From positions 265,757 to 329,756 of the forward strand of contig CAWEYR010000024.1 in assembly GCA_963813345.1 (NCBI GenBank): a DNA stretch of 64,000 nt, in the 5' to 3' direction. Source of the stretch: an uncultured Acidobacteriota bacterium. GTDB taxonomy: Bacteria; Acidobacteriota; Blastocatellia; RBC074. The notes under the pieces were generated by a model, which was not told the origin of the DNA, ran no database searches, and saw only the letters and a list, made by a program, of their open reading frames with translations. Positions 12,258 through 24,690 of the stretch are shown here, piece by piece. The position numbers and the translations under genes were made by a program. Within the stretch, counting starts at the first letter, position 1; each line of letters starts with the position of its first letter.

Positions 12258-12779
12258 CTATTTGACTCCCAGGAGCTCGAGATCAAAGAGCAGGGTCGAA
12301 TTGGGGGGAATGGCGGGCGGATTTCCCTGGCTTCCATAACCGAGGTTTGGAGGAACAATCAGCTGCCGTTTGCCTCCGACCTTCATAGTCATAACACCCT
12401 CGTCCAAGCCTTTTATCATTGGATCTTTGCCGAGCTGATATGTCATGGGAGCCTTGCCTACGGAGCTGTCAAATTGAGTGCCGTTCTCGAGACGACCGGT
12501 GTAATGAACCGTTACTTTCTGTCCGCGAACAGGACTGGGACCTGTGCCTACGACCAGGTCAGTGTACCTGAGGCCCGATGGAGTTTTGATGGAGTGGTCG
12601 CGCCTTTGATAGACGTAGTAGCCTGCCGTGATCGCAGCTACAAGAGCCGTCACAATTGCGATCACCATTCCGCTGGGCTGGCGCTTTCCCGTATCGCCCG
12701 ATCGAGATGAGGTTACTTCTTTAGGGACGTATCCCTTCGCTTTTTTGGCATCATCCTGTCGTTTTCGACTTGTTGGCAA
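12258..12779 (-). CDS. FKBP-type peptidyl-prolyl cis-trans isomerase, membrane-anchored
   Basis: 173 aa. TM helix MVIAIVTALVAAITAGYYV, then the FKBP domain (VTVHYTGRLENGTQFDSS...LLFDLELLGV). Confidence 0.88.
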   Translation of the reverse strand: MPTSRKRQDDAKKAKGYVPKEVTSSRSGDTGKRQPSGMVIAIVTALVAAITAGYYVYQRRDHSIKTPSGLRYTDLVVGTGPSPVRGQKVTVHYTGRLENGTQFDSSVGKAPMTYQLGKDPMIKGLDEGVMTMKVGGKRQLIVPPNLGYGSQGNPPAIPPNSTLLFDLELLGVK

Positions 12780-12991
12780 TTTCTTTCTCCATGAATCAGG
12801 GTTTCAGAAAGCGAATCATGCTTTTAAATCGGCGGATGACGGAAGTCAATCACCGGCGAGTGCATCTGGAGTCGCGAACAGATTGACAGGGCTATGCACT
12901 GGCCCAATAATGCCACGTCCATCCACTTCGTGGTTGCAGTCAGACCACGACACCTTGTAAAAGAATTTTCTTACCACTGGAGAAAAGAAGA

Positions 12992-13392
12992 ATGTCGAAG
13001 ACAACTCGCAGAGATCTGCTCAAGGTTGCCGGAGCCGGAACCGTGGCTGCCGGGCTGGGAGCCATAACAAAAGCCGAAACGGCCAAGACCAAAACGGCTG
13101 GTCACGCTGCGCACGACCACAAACCCCTTAGCGGCCCCCTTGCCAGCGCGACAGTAAGCTTTGGACAATGGCGACACGGATCGCCGTTCGATCGAATGGC
13201 TCCTGACGCTTGACTCCGGCTCCTCCTCCACCCGACCGGCGGCCAAACAATATTCTCCGTAACATTCATCTGCTGACACCAAACGAGGTGACGATCAAAG
13301 CAGGGGGATCGGTAAACTTCATCGTTGCCGGTTTTCACCAAATAGTGATTTACGACAATGTGTCGGGTCCGTCAGACATCAATCACTCCTGA
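12992..13392 (+). CDS. small Tat-signal secreted protein, probably split by a frameshift at ~13210
   Basis: MSKTTRRDLLKVAGAGTVAAGLGA is a twin-arginine signal. A second ORF 13210..13392 in the +2 frame continues directly. Function unknown. Confidence 0.35.
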
Positions 13393-13614
13393 TCGTATTC
13401 CCGATACCCGGTCTTCCCCCATTGGTCGACTGACCCCGTCGATCGTATCTACCGAGGCATTGACCCGAGACTAATGTCCCCCAGCAAGACAGAGTGGAGG
13501 TAGTCCACTTTCCGAAACCGGGTCGTTACCTCGTAATATGTGGTGTCTTACCACATTTCGCTCGATAACATGTTTGGCTGGGTAAGAGTCCTTCCGTAGA
13601 TTCCATGCATGTAG

Positions 13615-13725
13615 TACCGCCTTCAGGCGGAATCTTCGAGTACGTTGTACCGCCTTTTAGGCGGAATCGTGACTGCCAAGGTCATGGCAGTCACGATTCC
13701 GGCTAAAGGCCGGTACAACGTACTC
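13615..13725. repeat. REP-like hairpins (GTACAACGTAC / CCGCCTTCAGGCGG family) in the argC upstream region
   Basis: A small hairpin ccgccttcaggcgg is followed by a long imperfect hairpin gtacgttgtaccgcctttt...ggccggtacaacgtac. It is related to the 10010..10097 element. Confidence 0.75.
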
Positions 13726-13778
13726 TCTTTCATTCTCTCCCAAAACCTTCCTTCCTGTAGTACGATAGTCGTTTATTT

Positions 13779-14828
13779 ATGGCTCAGGGGAGAAGCTTAC
13801 GAACTATCGTTGCAGGTGCGACCGGCTATTCTGGCCGCGAGCTTGTGCGTCTGCTTGCGAATCATCCGGAGATGTCGCTCGTAGGCGCGTTCGCATCGAC
13901 AAACGCGAAGTCGACACCACTCGATGAGATTCATCCCCATCTCAAAGGGCTGACATCGCTAGCGTGCGAACCTTTCGATCCCGACTCTGTCAAGCGCCTC
14001 GCCCCCGACGTAATCTTTCTCGCGACACCCAACGAATTCTCACACGAGATCGTGCCGTCGATGCTCGAGACGGGCGCAACCGTGATTGACGTCAGTGGCG
14101 CCTTCCGTCTTCGCAACGCATCCGACTATTCCAGGTACTACGGGTTTGAGCATACACGACCGGATCTGCTGAAGACCGCCTGCTATGGCTTGACCGAATT
14201 CGCGCGCGAAGAGTTGCCGGGAGCAAAGCTGATTGCAAATCCAGGGTGCTATCCGACTTCAGTACTGATTCCAGTCAGGCCGCTTCTGGATGCCGGGCTT
14301 GTCTCGGCCGGAAGGCCTATCATCGCCGATTCGAAATCGGGTGTGACTGGCGCCGGGAAGACACCGAGCCTGGTCACCCACTTTGCAGAGGTGAGTGAGA
14401 ATTTTTCGGCATACAACGTTCTTCGTCACCGGCATGCGCCCGAGATCGCACAGGGATTGTCTTTACCGGCAGTCTCCTCATCGCTCATCTTTACTCCACA
14501 TCTGTTGCCGATAAACCGGGGCATTCTTTCGACCATTTATCTCCGCGTGAACGACGGAGTGGGACGTCGCGACATCCTTTCGGTGTGGAAAGAGCGGTTT
14601 CGCGGTGCACCTTTTGTCAGAGTCTTCGACGGGTCGCAGCTTCCGGAGATCAAGTTCGCCGCTCATACGCCATATTGTGATATCGGAGTTGTCGTTGACG
14701 AGTCTACGGGAGAGGCTGTCGTAGTCTCCGCAATCGACAACCTGCTCAAGGGTGCGGCGAGCCAGGCCATACAGAATGCAAACCTGGCATTGGGTTTCAG
14801 CGAAAGCTCGGGTCTGCTGCCGCAATGA
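13779..14828 (+). CDS. argC: N-acetyl-gamma-glutamyl-phosphate reductase
   Basis: 349 aa. IVAGATGYSGRELVRLL (NAD-binding) and NPGCYPTSVLIPVRPL (catalytic Cys). Confidence 0.92.
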   Translation: MAQGRSLRTIVAGATGYSGRELVRLLANHPEMSLVGAFASTNAKSTPLDEIHPHLKGLTSLACEPFDPDSVKRLAPDVIFLATPNEFSHEIVPSMLETGATVIDVSGAFRLRNASDYSRYYGFEHTRPDLLKTACYGLTEFAREELPGAKLIANPGCYPTSVLIPVRPLLDAGLVSAGRPIIADSKSGVTGAGKTPSLVTHFAEVSENFSAYNVLRHRHAPEIAQGLSLPAVSSSLIFTPHLLPINRGILSTIYLRVNDGVGRRDILSVWKERFRGAPFVRVFDGSQLPEIKFAAHTPYCDIGVVVDESTGEAVVVSAIDNLLKGAASQAIQNANLALGFSESSGLLPQ

Positions 14829-15637
14829 ATCCGGTCGTTATCAAACTCGGCGGCAGCGTGCTGGTTGACGAGAGTCTGAGAGGGAAACTCGTCGCTCAGA
14901 TTATTGCTCTGCGAGAGGCAAAGCTCGATGTCGTCATCGTTCACGGCGGCGGCAAACAGATTGGCGCGATGCTCGAGAAGCTTGGTGTCGAATCGAGTTT
15001 TCACGATGGACTGCGAATCACCGACGAGCCAACCAGGGATGTGGTCCAGATGGTGCTTGCCGGCAAGGTTGGAAAAGATCTGGTTGCGGAGCTTGGCCGT
15101 GCGGGCATAGCGTCGGTCGGAATTGCTGGCGGTGACGGCTTGAGTTTTCGCGCCAGCCGGGTCGCGGCTGCAGATGGAGTAGATCTCGGATACGTCGGTG
15201 AGATCGCAGTCACGCGTCCGGAGCTCATTCAAGGTTTGATCGCGCTTGGAATGGTTCCAGTCGTTGCGTGTCTGGGCCTCGGAGTTAACGACTGGCAGTA
15301 CTACAACGTTAATGGTGATCAGATGGCGGCGACTGTCGCCATCACCTGCAGCGCCTCCGAGCTTGTCTTTGTCACCGACGTCGGCGGAGTCAGGGACAAG
15401 AATGGCACACAGATAGATTCTCTCGACAGGGCCGGGATTCTCGATCTGCTCGACTCGGGAGCCGCCAGCGGAGGAATGAGACCCAAGCTTCGAGCATGTC
15501 TTGAGGCTCTCGATGGCGGAATAGAAAGGATTCGCATTGTCGGGGCGTCAACTGCCGATGTGCTTCCCAAAGCTATTCTTGAAAATCAACAGATTGGAAC
15601 TTCAATAACTCATGATGTCAGCCGGAATTCCGCCTGA
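14825..15637 (+). CDS. argB: acetylglutamate kinase
   Basis: 270 aa. VIKLGGSVL...VVIVHGGG...HDGLRITDE amino-acid-kinase signatures. Its start overlaps the argC stop (ATGA). Confidence 0.92.
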   Translation: MNPVVIKLGGSVLVDESLRGKLVAQIIALREAKLDVVIVHGGGKQIGAMLEKLGVESSFHDGLRITDEPTRDVVQMVLAGKVGKDLVAELGRAGIASVGIAGGDGLSFRASRVAAADGVDLGYVGEIAVTRPELIQGLIALGMVPVVACLGLGVNDWQYYNVNGDQMAATVAITCSASELVFVTDVGGVRDKNGTQIDSLDRAGILDLLDSGAASGGMRPKLRACLEALDGGIERIRIVGASTADVLPKAILENQQIGTSITHDVSRNSA

Positions 15638-16868
15638 GGGCGGTGTCAAATACACGCAACTCGACCACATCAAATCACTTGAAACACAGTATCTGATGCC
15701 GACCTATGCCAGGTCGCCGGTGCTCTTTGTTCGTGGAAAGAACTCGACTCTCTTTGATGACAGCGGCAAGTCTTATCTGGATTTCATTTCCGGGATTGGC
15801 GTCAATGTGCTTGGCTACGATCATCCTCGCGTTCGGCGCGTGCTGCGCGAAAGCGCGAAGTTGATGCATACCTCGAATCTCTACTATCACTCTTACCAGG
15901 GACCTCTCGCCGAGAAGATTGCCGCTGCAAGCGGCCTTTCGCGGGTCTTTTTCTGCAATACCGGAAGTGAGGCTGTTGAGGGCGCACTCAAGCTGGCGCG
16001 TGCCTGGCAGAAACGGCATGGGCGTGAAGACAAGACCGGCTTTGTCGCTCTTACAAACTCATTCCACGGCCGAACGATGGGGGCATTGTCAATAACGGCG
16101 CAGGCAAAGTACCGCACTCCGTTCGAACCGCTGATTCCCGGAGTCACTTTCATCGATGCGTCTTCGGGTGACGCGGCACTTTCAGAGGCGCGCGCTGCAA
16201 TCAATGAACGTACTGCCGCAGTCATCGTGGAGACTATTCAGGGTGAGAGCGGAATTCGTCCTCTCAGCGATGCCTTTCTGGTTGCGGTTCGCGAAGCATG
16301 TGATAGAGCAGACGCTCTCATGATTCTTGATGAGGTTCAGTGCGGGCTTGGCCGCACAGGCAAAGTATTCGCCTTCGAGCACACTCAGGTGCGACCGGAT
16401 GTTTTGTGTGTTGCAAAGCCGCTTGGGCTTGGCGTTCCTCTCGGTGCATTCGTTGCAGGAGAGAGAGCGGCTGACGGGCTCAAAGCCGGTGATCACGGGT
16501 CAACGTTTGGGGGTGGCCCCCTGGCTTGCAGGCTGAGTCTTGAGTTCTTTGAACTGCTTGACGAAGGTAAGCTGCTGGACCGCATCATCGATCTTGGAAC
16601 CTTCTTCAGCAGGAAGTTGTCAAAGATGAGATCCCGTCATCCTGAGCTGATCACAGACGTTCGCGGTCTTGGATTGATGGTTGGAATCGAGCTCAGTTTT
16701 TCCGGTAAGGAGGTGGCGGCCAGGATGCTTGAGCGAGGCTACGTGATCAATTGCACACACGACAATGTGCTCCGGTTTCTTCCGCCGTACATCATCAAGA
16801 AATCCGAGATATCTTCGATGGTGGCCGCGCTGGAAGAAGCAATTGTCGAGACAGGAAGCAAGGCTTGA
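15612..16868 (+). CDS. argD: acetylornithine aminotransferase (class-III PLP aminotransferase)
   Basis: 418 aa. [31 protein letters not shown] and the PLP lysine region VLCVAKPLG. Confidence 0.9.
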   Translation: MMSAGIPPEGGVKYTQLDHIKSLETQYLMPTYARSPVLFVRGKNSTLFDDSGKSYLDFISGIGVNVLGYDHPRVRRVLRESAKLMHTSNLYYHSYQGPLAEKIAAASGLSRVFFCNTGSEAVEGALKLARAWQKRHGREDKTGFVALTNSFHGRTMGALSITAQAKYRTPFEPLIPGVTFIDASSGDAALSEARAAINERTAAVIVETIQGESGIRPLSDAFLVAVREACDRADALMILDEVQCGLGRTGKVFAFEHTQVRPDVLCVAKPLGLGVPLGAFVAGERAADGLKAGDHGSTFGGGPLACRLSLEFFELLDEGKLLDRIIDLGTFFSRKLSKMRSRHPELITDVRGLGLMVGIELSFSGKEVAARMLERGYVINCTHDNVLRFLPPYIIKKSEISSMVAALEEAIVETGSKA

Positions 16869-16874
16869 AGGAAA

Positions 16875-17398
16875 TGATTATCAGGCGAGCGACAACCGAC
16901 GACGGTATTCAGATTCATGCTCTGATCAGCCAGTTCGCTAACCAGGAGCTGATGCTGCCGAGACCTTTGCTGAGCATCTATGAGAATATCCGCGACTTTT
17001 ACGTTGCGGAAGTCGACGGCCGCATTGCGGGATGTTCAGGGCTTCATTTCACCTGGAGTGACATGGCGGAAGTCAGATCACTCGCTGTACATCCGGATTT
17101 TGGAGGGCGAGGCGTCGGCAGAGCACTTGTCGAAGCAAACGTCCAGGAGGCGCGCGAACACGGTCTGGTGCAGGTCTACGCTTTCACCTACGTAAAGGAT
17201 TTTTTCGAGAAGATGGGCTTCCGTGTTGTTCCTCACGAGGAGATGCCGCGCAAGGTATGGATGGATTGTGTCAATTGCCACAAGTTCAACTGCTGCGATG
17301 AAGTCGCAATGGTGCTCGATCTCGTGGAAGGCGCGAAACCAGAGCCGTTTGATGTCAGTCAGGTCAACGTCCCGGTTGTAAAATCCAAGAGATATTGA
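16875..17398 (+). CDS. GNAT-family N-acetyltransferase in the arg operon (short-form N-acetylglutamate synthase-like)
   Basis: ~174 aa starting [15 protein letters not shown]. The acetyl-CoA-binding motif is [19 protein letters not shown]. The start was placed at the internal ATG 16875, just after the argD stop. Confidence 0.6.
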
Positions 17399-17616
17399 AT
17401 GTCTGCGTGGAGTGCGCACGCATTGGTCTTCAGCCTGAGCGCCGCGCACTCCAAATTCGGTTCGCGCCCGGACATGCCCTGTCCCGGAAACGGACACGAG
17501 CGACGCATGAGCGAGATGCTCCTTCGGGTGAGAATCCGAGGTCAAAGACTGAAAACTGAAAGTGTTATCAGGATGCTATGCACATGGCACACGGATTGGT
17601 ATAGGAGGCGTGGACT

Positions 17617-18834
17617 ATGATGAAAACCGGTCCGACGCTCATTGAAAACTCGATTACAGCGCCACAGGGCTTTGTGGCGGCAGTTGTTCGTTGTGGGCTC
17701 AAAAAGTCGGGCGACGACCTGGCGATCATCTCAACGCTCAGGCCTGCAGTTGCCGCTGCAGTCTTCACGCGTAACCTGGTTCAGGCAGCTCCAGTTGTCA
17801 TCTCGCGCCTCCATCTAAAGTCTCGATGGCATCGTGCTGTGCTCGTCAATTCGGGCGGTGCCAACGCATGTACCGGCGAGACCGGGCTCGAGGATGCGAG
17901 GCAGTCGGCGCGCCTTGTAGCTGAGCTGATCGGTTGCGATTCGCAGGAGGTACTTGTTGCATCAACTGGCGTTATAGGTATCAGGCTCGACATGACAAAG
18001 ATCGAATCCGGTATCCGCCAGGCGTCAAAACAACTGACCAGAGAATCCGGTTCAAGAGTTGCCCAGGCCATAATGACTACCGATACGCGGCCGAAGCATT
18101 CCGTTCGGCGAATAAAGCTTGGCGGCAAAGAAGTCACGATTGCGGGTGTTGCGAAGGGCGCCGGAATGATACATCCAAACATGGCAACCTTACTTTCATT
18201 CATTACGACGGATGCCGTGATTTCAAAACCTGTTCTGAACCTGGCCCTTCGATCGTCGGTTGAGAAATCCTTCAACCGCATTTCGGTAGATGGTGACACA
18301 TCAACCAATGACATGCTGGCTATTCTCGCGAATGGTGCTGCCGCGAATCCGCTGATTGATTCAAGGTCGACAAAGGAGTACGAACGATTTGAGCGGTCGT
18401 TAACCGAAGTTGCAACCGAACTGGCGATCGCAGTCGCGCGCGACGGAGAAGGAGCTCGCAAGCTGATTACGATCGTCGTTCGACGCGCGCCGGCCGCCCG
18501 CGATGCAAAACTGATTGGACAGGCTGTGGCCACAAGCCCGCTCGTCAAGACGGCGATCGCCGGTGAAGATGCTAATTGGGGGCGAATCCTTGCCGCTGCA
18601 GGTCGAAGCGGAGCCCGATTCGATCCGTCGAAGGTTGAGATTCGTATTGGAGACCTTATCGTTGCCAGTCGCGGCACGGGACTGCGGTTCAGCGAGGAGC
18701 GAGCGAGAGAGATTCTGGGTCGCGATGAAGTCAAGATTACAATTGACCTTCACCAGGGAGAACACGAGATTACTGAATGGACGTGCGACATGACGGAAGG
18801 CTATATCCGGATCAATGCCGATTACCGTTCGTAA
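17617..18834 (+). CDS. argJ: bifunctional glutamate N-acetyltransferase / amino-acid acetyltransferase (ornithine acetyltransferase)
   Basis: 405 aa. The autoproteolytic site motif is [31 protein letters not shown] is conserved. Confidence 0.9.
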   Translation: MMKTGPTLIENSITAPQGFVAAVVRCGLKKSGDDLAIISTLRPAVAAAVFTRNLVQAAPVVISRLHLKSRWHRAVLVNSGGANACTGETGLEDARQSARLVAELIGCDSQEVLVASTGVIGIRLDMTKIESGIRQASKQLTRESGSRVAQAIMTTDTRPKHSVRRIKLGGKEVTIAGVAKGAGMIHPNMATLLSFITTDAVISKPVLNLALRSSVEKSFNRISVDGDTSTNDMLAILANGAAANPLIDSRSTKEYERFERSLTEVATELAIAVARDGEGARKLITIVVRRAPAARDAKLIGQAVATSPLVKTAIAGEDANWGRILAAAGRSGARFDPSKVEIRIGDLIVASRGTGLRFSEERAREILGRDEVKITIDLHQGEHEITEWTCDMTEGYIRINADYRS

Positions 18835-18963
18835 AGTCCGCTGGTACGTTGTACCAGGCCTTCTGATCCAAAGAATTTTGCAACTGTACAAGGATCAGGA
18901 TCGTAAATGCTGATCAGGTTGCTTTTCAAAGAATTTAATGAAGTTAGAGGAGTGATAGGAGTC

Positions 18964-20665
18964 ATGAGTAAGTATAAGCGGCCACTGGCCAGAAAGATTC
19001 AGGCAATTGGGCTTGTCGGCCTCTGTGCGCTGACTGGATTTGCGCAGCAGACGCCAGTGACGCCGCCGCCACCTCCAGCTGGCCCGCAGCCTGCTTTGAA
19101 CCGTCCGATAGCGGCAAGGAGTATCGGACTCGAACCGGGCCGCGTCGTCAGATGGACACTGCGCGATGCGATTATTGCAGCGCTCGAGAAGAACGTTGAT
19201 ATTGAGATCGAGAGAGAGAACGTTCGTATCGCTCAGTATGACATTAATGGGGCACGCGGATTCTATGATCCGACCCTGACATCTTTCATCAATTACCAGC
19301 CGTCGACGACTCCGAACGCGTTTGTATTTAGCGGCACAGCGCAGTCATTTCTTAAGCGCGATACATTTACCTACAACTTTGGGCTGCAGCAGTTTGTTGA
19401 GAAAGGTGGAGGCAGCTATGCAGTCACTTTCAACAACAACCGCGTCGTCAGCAATACGAATAACTTCACTCCCCAGTACGGTCCGAATCTGACCTTCTCG
19501 TACACTCAGCCCCTCTTCAAGGATTTCGGCATCGATGAAGGAAGGCGCCAGATAAAGATCGCACGCAAGCGTCTCGATCTTTCCGATGCGACTTTTCGTC
19601 AGCGCGCTATCGAAATAATCTCCCAGGTTCAGCAGGCTTACTGGGATCTTGCTCTCGCAATTCGCGACGAAGAGATTCAACGCGATGCGGTAAAGCTGGC
19701 GGAAACTCAGCTCAACAACAATCAGCGCCAGGTTGAAGTGGGGACGCTTGGCACCAATCGACGTCGTCTCCGCCGCGGCAGTAGTTGAGGGAAGGCGACA
19801 GAACGTTTTCCAGGCAATGAGCGCTGTCGCGCAGGCCGAGAATCTTCTCAAGGGACTGACCGTCGAGAGCCCGACCTCGGACTTATGGAAGGCTCAGATC
19901 ATTCCAGTCGAGCCTTTTGAGATTCAGGAATTGAAGCTGCCTCTGGACGATGCGGTTAAACTTGCCGTAGAGAATCGACCGGAAATGAAACAGTACTTCC
20001 TGCAGAAAGAAATTAACAAGTACGATATCGATTTCTTCAAGAATCAGATGAAGCCACAGGTGGATCTCGTGGCCAATTACACGATGATTGGTCTCGCCGG
20101 TCTCCTCGCGTCGGGCTGGTTGTCTGCCCTCCGCCGGCGGACATGCCGAACGCACCCTGTTATGACCAGCAATTTAGAGGCGGTTACGGAACGTCTCTTG
20201 GTATACTTTTCGGAAACGACTTTCGGCAATGGTCCTTCGGCCTCCAATTCAACTTTCCCATTACGCAATCGGACCGCAAAAGCAAATTACGGACGTTCGC
20301 TTGAAACAGGCCGTCAACTCGACCTGAGAACTCGCAAGATGATTCAGGATATCGAGGTCGAGGTCCGCAATGGCGTGCAGGCCGTCGAGACAGCGAAACT
20401 GCGAATCGAGGCAGCGCAAGCGGCACGCGTTTATGCAGAACAACAGCTCGACGGAGAGTCGAAGCGCTTCGCAGCAGGACTTTCGACGACATTCCTCATC
20501 CTGACGCGGCAGAACGAGCTTGCAACGGCTCGCGGCGTCGAGCTTCGCGCTAAGGGAGATTACAACAAATCGGTTGCCGAACTGCAGCGCGTAATCTCGA
20601 CGACGCTCTCGAGCAATAACATCGACGTCAAATCCGACGTGCCCGGCACTCCCAGCACGAAGTGA
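18964..20665 (+). pseudogene. TolC-family outer-membrane efflux protein, at least 3 frameshifts
   Basis: OEP repeats span two ORFs, 18907..19788 and 19733..20665. Additional internal frame changes are seen: WSFGLQFNFPI is in a frame other than the flanking ...AKANYGRSLETGRQLDL. A signal peptide follows MSKYKRPLARK. Confidence 0.7.
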
Positions 20666-20689
20666 GTAGTGCTGCGAGTTACAGGGGGA

Positions 20690-20800
20690 GTCGCCGGATC
20701 TATTTGAGATTTGAGATTGGCATTTGAGATTTGCTATTTGGTATTTCAATCTATGATTTCCAATGACATATCTCAAATCTCAAATCTCAAATATTCAGGA
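20690..20800. repeat. AT-rich palindromic (TTTGAGA)n / (TCTCAAA)n element between the convergent TolC and lactonase genes
   Basis: tatttgagatttgagattgg ... atctcaaatctcaaatctcaaat. A related copy lies at 59195..59290. Confidence 0.8.
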
Positions 20801-20806
20801 CTAACC

Positions 20807-21837
20807 TCACCAACCCCTCGTCTTCGTCCTCACTCGACACAGATACATGTCCGCCGTGATATAGAGCGTCGAGCCATCGTCGCCCCAGGCGCAGTTAGCT
20901 GTCGCCTCGCCTGTATCTATCCTGTCCGAGTGGCTTCCCGTCAGGTGCAAACACGTGAACGCCACCGGGACCTGTCGCAAAGAGATTTCCTGAACGGTCA
21001 ACCTTCAAGCCGTCAGGCAATCCAGGCAGTTTTGACACCATCGAGGTCGAGTCAAAGAAGACCCGGCCACTTCCAAGTGTTCCATCAGCCGTTTACCGGA
21101 AACGCCATCCAGATGGCTCGTTGAGGATCAGACTGTGCGACATACAGCGTCTTCTCGTCGGGTGAGAAGGCGAGTCCGTTGGGACGTGTCATCTCCTTCG
21201 TAAGTAGCGTTAACCGCCCGTCAACTGACAACCTGTAGACTCCGCAAAAATCGAGCTCACGGCGCGGGTCATCCCAGCGGTTCGGCAGTCCGTAAGGCGG
21301 ATCAGTGAAGTAAAGATCCCCGTTTGACTTGTAGACTGCATCGTTCGGGCTGTTGAGTCTCTTGCCCTCGAAGCTGTCAACCAGTGTCTTCTTGCCTCCG
21401 CCAGCCTCGAGCCGCGAGACCCTGCGATCGCCATGCTCACAAGATACAAGCCTGCCTTTGGGATCGAGTGTCAGACCATTACTGCCCGGCTCACGACCAT
21501 AGTCGCCGGGGCCGGTGAAACCCGATGGTTTGAGGTAGAGACTCAATCCATCGTCTTCCTTCCATTTCATGACCGAATTGCGTGGTATGTCGGAAAAGAG
21601 AAGATACGCGCCGTCCTTGATCCATACTGGGCCTTCTGACCATTCGAAGCCTGACGCCAGCACCTCAATCTTGGCGTCGGCAGCAATCAGTGAGTCCAGC
21701 TTAGGATCCAAGCGATGAATGGCACCTATAGTCGGGTAGCTCTTAGGTTTTTGCATTGGTTGAGCAGTCGCGAGAAATGAGACGAGTGCTATGCTGCCTG
21801 CGAGCATAGCGAAGAGCGAGAATCTGTTTCTGGTCAT
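20807..21837 (-). CDS. SMP-30/gluconolactonase/LRE-family lactonase with signal peptide; frameshift near 21000-21085
   Basis: ORF 21085..21837 carries the N-terminal propeller (WSEGPVWIKDGAYLLFSDIPRN...LNSPNDAVYKSNGDLYFTDPPYG). ORF 20807..21001, in another frame, carries the conserved C-terminus (ANCAWGDDGSTLYITA). Confidence 0.7.
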
Positions 21838-21864
21838 TTGGTCCCTGCAGGTTTGCGATCGCTT

Positions 21865-23142
21865 TCAGACCGGCATCTTCCGGGCAACATCCTCGACCTG
21901 CGCCATCACCCGCAAAAGATTCTCGCCGAGAATCTTCTTCACATCCGTCTCCGAATAGCCGCGTTTGAGAAGCTCATAGGTGATAACCGGAAGTCTGGAA
22001 ACATCGTCGAGTTCTTCCGGAGTACCATCGAGCGGAATTCCATCAAGGTCTGCGCCCATCCCGACATGATCTATCCCCGCCGTTTTGATGATGTGATCGA
22101 AATGGTCGATCAGAACCTTGAGTGGGGTCTTGCCCTGAACCGCATTGGCCGCGCGCCACTTTCTGGTTTCCTCAGTTACGCGCGCCGGATCATTTGGATA
22201 CTTTTCTCTCAGCTCTTCCGACATGGCTCGCGCCCGAAGCGTCACGTCTGCCTTTTTCGGATCGATAAAACCGTCGTAGAAATTAACCATGACGACACCG
22301 CCATTCTTTGCCACAGCGCGCAGAATGTCGTCGGTCACATTGCGAGTGTGAGGGGCCAGGGCACGCGCCGAGGAATGCGACGCGATTACCGGCGCACGCG
22401 TCGTCTCGATGACATCAAAAAACGTCTTGTCGGCAACGTGCGAGATGTCAACCATCATTCCCAGCCGGTTCATCTCTCGCACCACCTGCCGGCCGAAGTC
22501 GGTCAGACCGTTATGCTTTTTGATACGCGCGTTACTGGCATCCCCTTCAGCGTCAGCCCAGTTGTTGGTGTTCGTGTGAGTCAGCGTCATATAGCGAATG
22601 CCGAGCCGGTAGAACATCCGGAGAGCGCCCAGGCTGTCTTCGATGGCGTGACCACCTTCGATCCCCATCAGCGATGCGATCTTGCCCTTGCGCGCAACTT
22701 GCCTGATGTCGTTGGCAGAGAATGCCATCTCGAGTTCGTTCGGGTGACGCCTCACCTGCTCATACACAACGTCTATCATGTCAAGCGCGCGGCGAGCCGC
22801 GCCACCGCCCTCTTCCGCGCGGCGGTTCACGTATTCGCGACCGACATAGACGGCAAAGAACTGCGCATCAAGACCACCCGCCTTCATCCTCCTGAGATCC
22901 GTGTGAGTCTTGAGCTTGCCATCCGGGCCGATTCCGTTCATTCCGAGATCAAAACCCTCGTCGATAATTGCGGAAGTAACGTCGTTATGAGTGTCGATAA
23001 CAATCGCCTCGCGATGTATCCGGGCGGCACGCTCGCGCAGCGCCGCATCGTTCTGCTGCATTGTTGACCCTGACCCTGATCCTGAAACAGTGAAAGCAAA
23101 CAAACCGGCTATGAATAGCGAAAAAAGTGAATTGGCTGGCAT
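21865..23142 (-). CDS. membrane dipeptidase (peptidase family M19, renal-dipeptidase-like)
   Basis: 425 aa. Signal peptide. Motifs IVIDTHNDV, MTLTHTNTNNWADA and MMVDISHVAD are typical of M19. Confidence 0.85.
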   Translation of the reverse strand: MPANSLFSLFIAGLFAFTVSGSGSGSTMQQNDAALRERAARIHREAIVIDTHNDVTSAIIDEGFDLGMNGIGPDGKLKTHTDLRRMKAGGLDAQFFAVYVGREYVNRRAEEGGGAARRALDMIDVVYEQVRRHPNELEMAFSANDIRQVARKGKIASLMGIEGGHAIEDSLGALRMFYRLGIRYMTLTHTNTNNWADAEGDASNARIKKHNGLTDFGRQVVREMNRLGMMVDISHVADKTFFDVIETTRAPVIASHSSARALAPHTRNVTDDILRAVAKNGGVVMVNFYDGFIDPKKADVTLRARAMSEELREKYPNDPARVTEETRKWRAANAVQGKTPLKVLIDHFDHIIKTAGIDHVGMGADLDGIPLDGTPEELDDVSRLPVITYELLKRGYSETDVKKILGENLLRVMAQVEDVARKMPV

Positions 23143-23178
23143 TTTTTGGCTCTGAAATCTGAATGCGAGAGATATGTC

Positions 23179-24690
<1,512 letters not shown>

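Noticed and set aside
21838-23067. 409-aa plus-strand ORF
   Set aside because: It lies entirely antisense to the well-supported M19 dipeptidase gene and has no recognisable domain or low-complexity composition. It is a typical GC-rich antisense artefact. The same applies to 8800..9720(-), 17781..18734(-), 14663..15232(-), 25465..26250(+), 31695..32552(+), 41789..42364(-) and 58481..59218(+).
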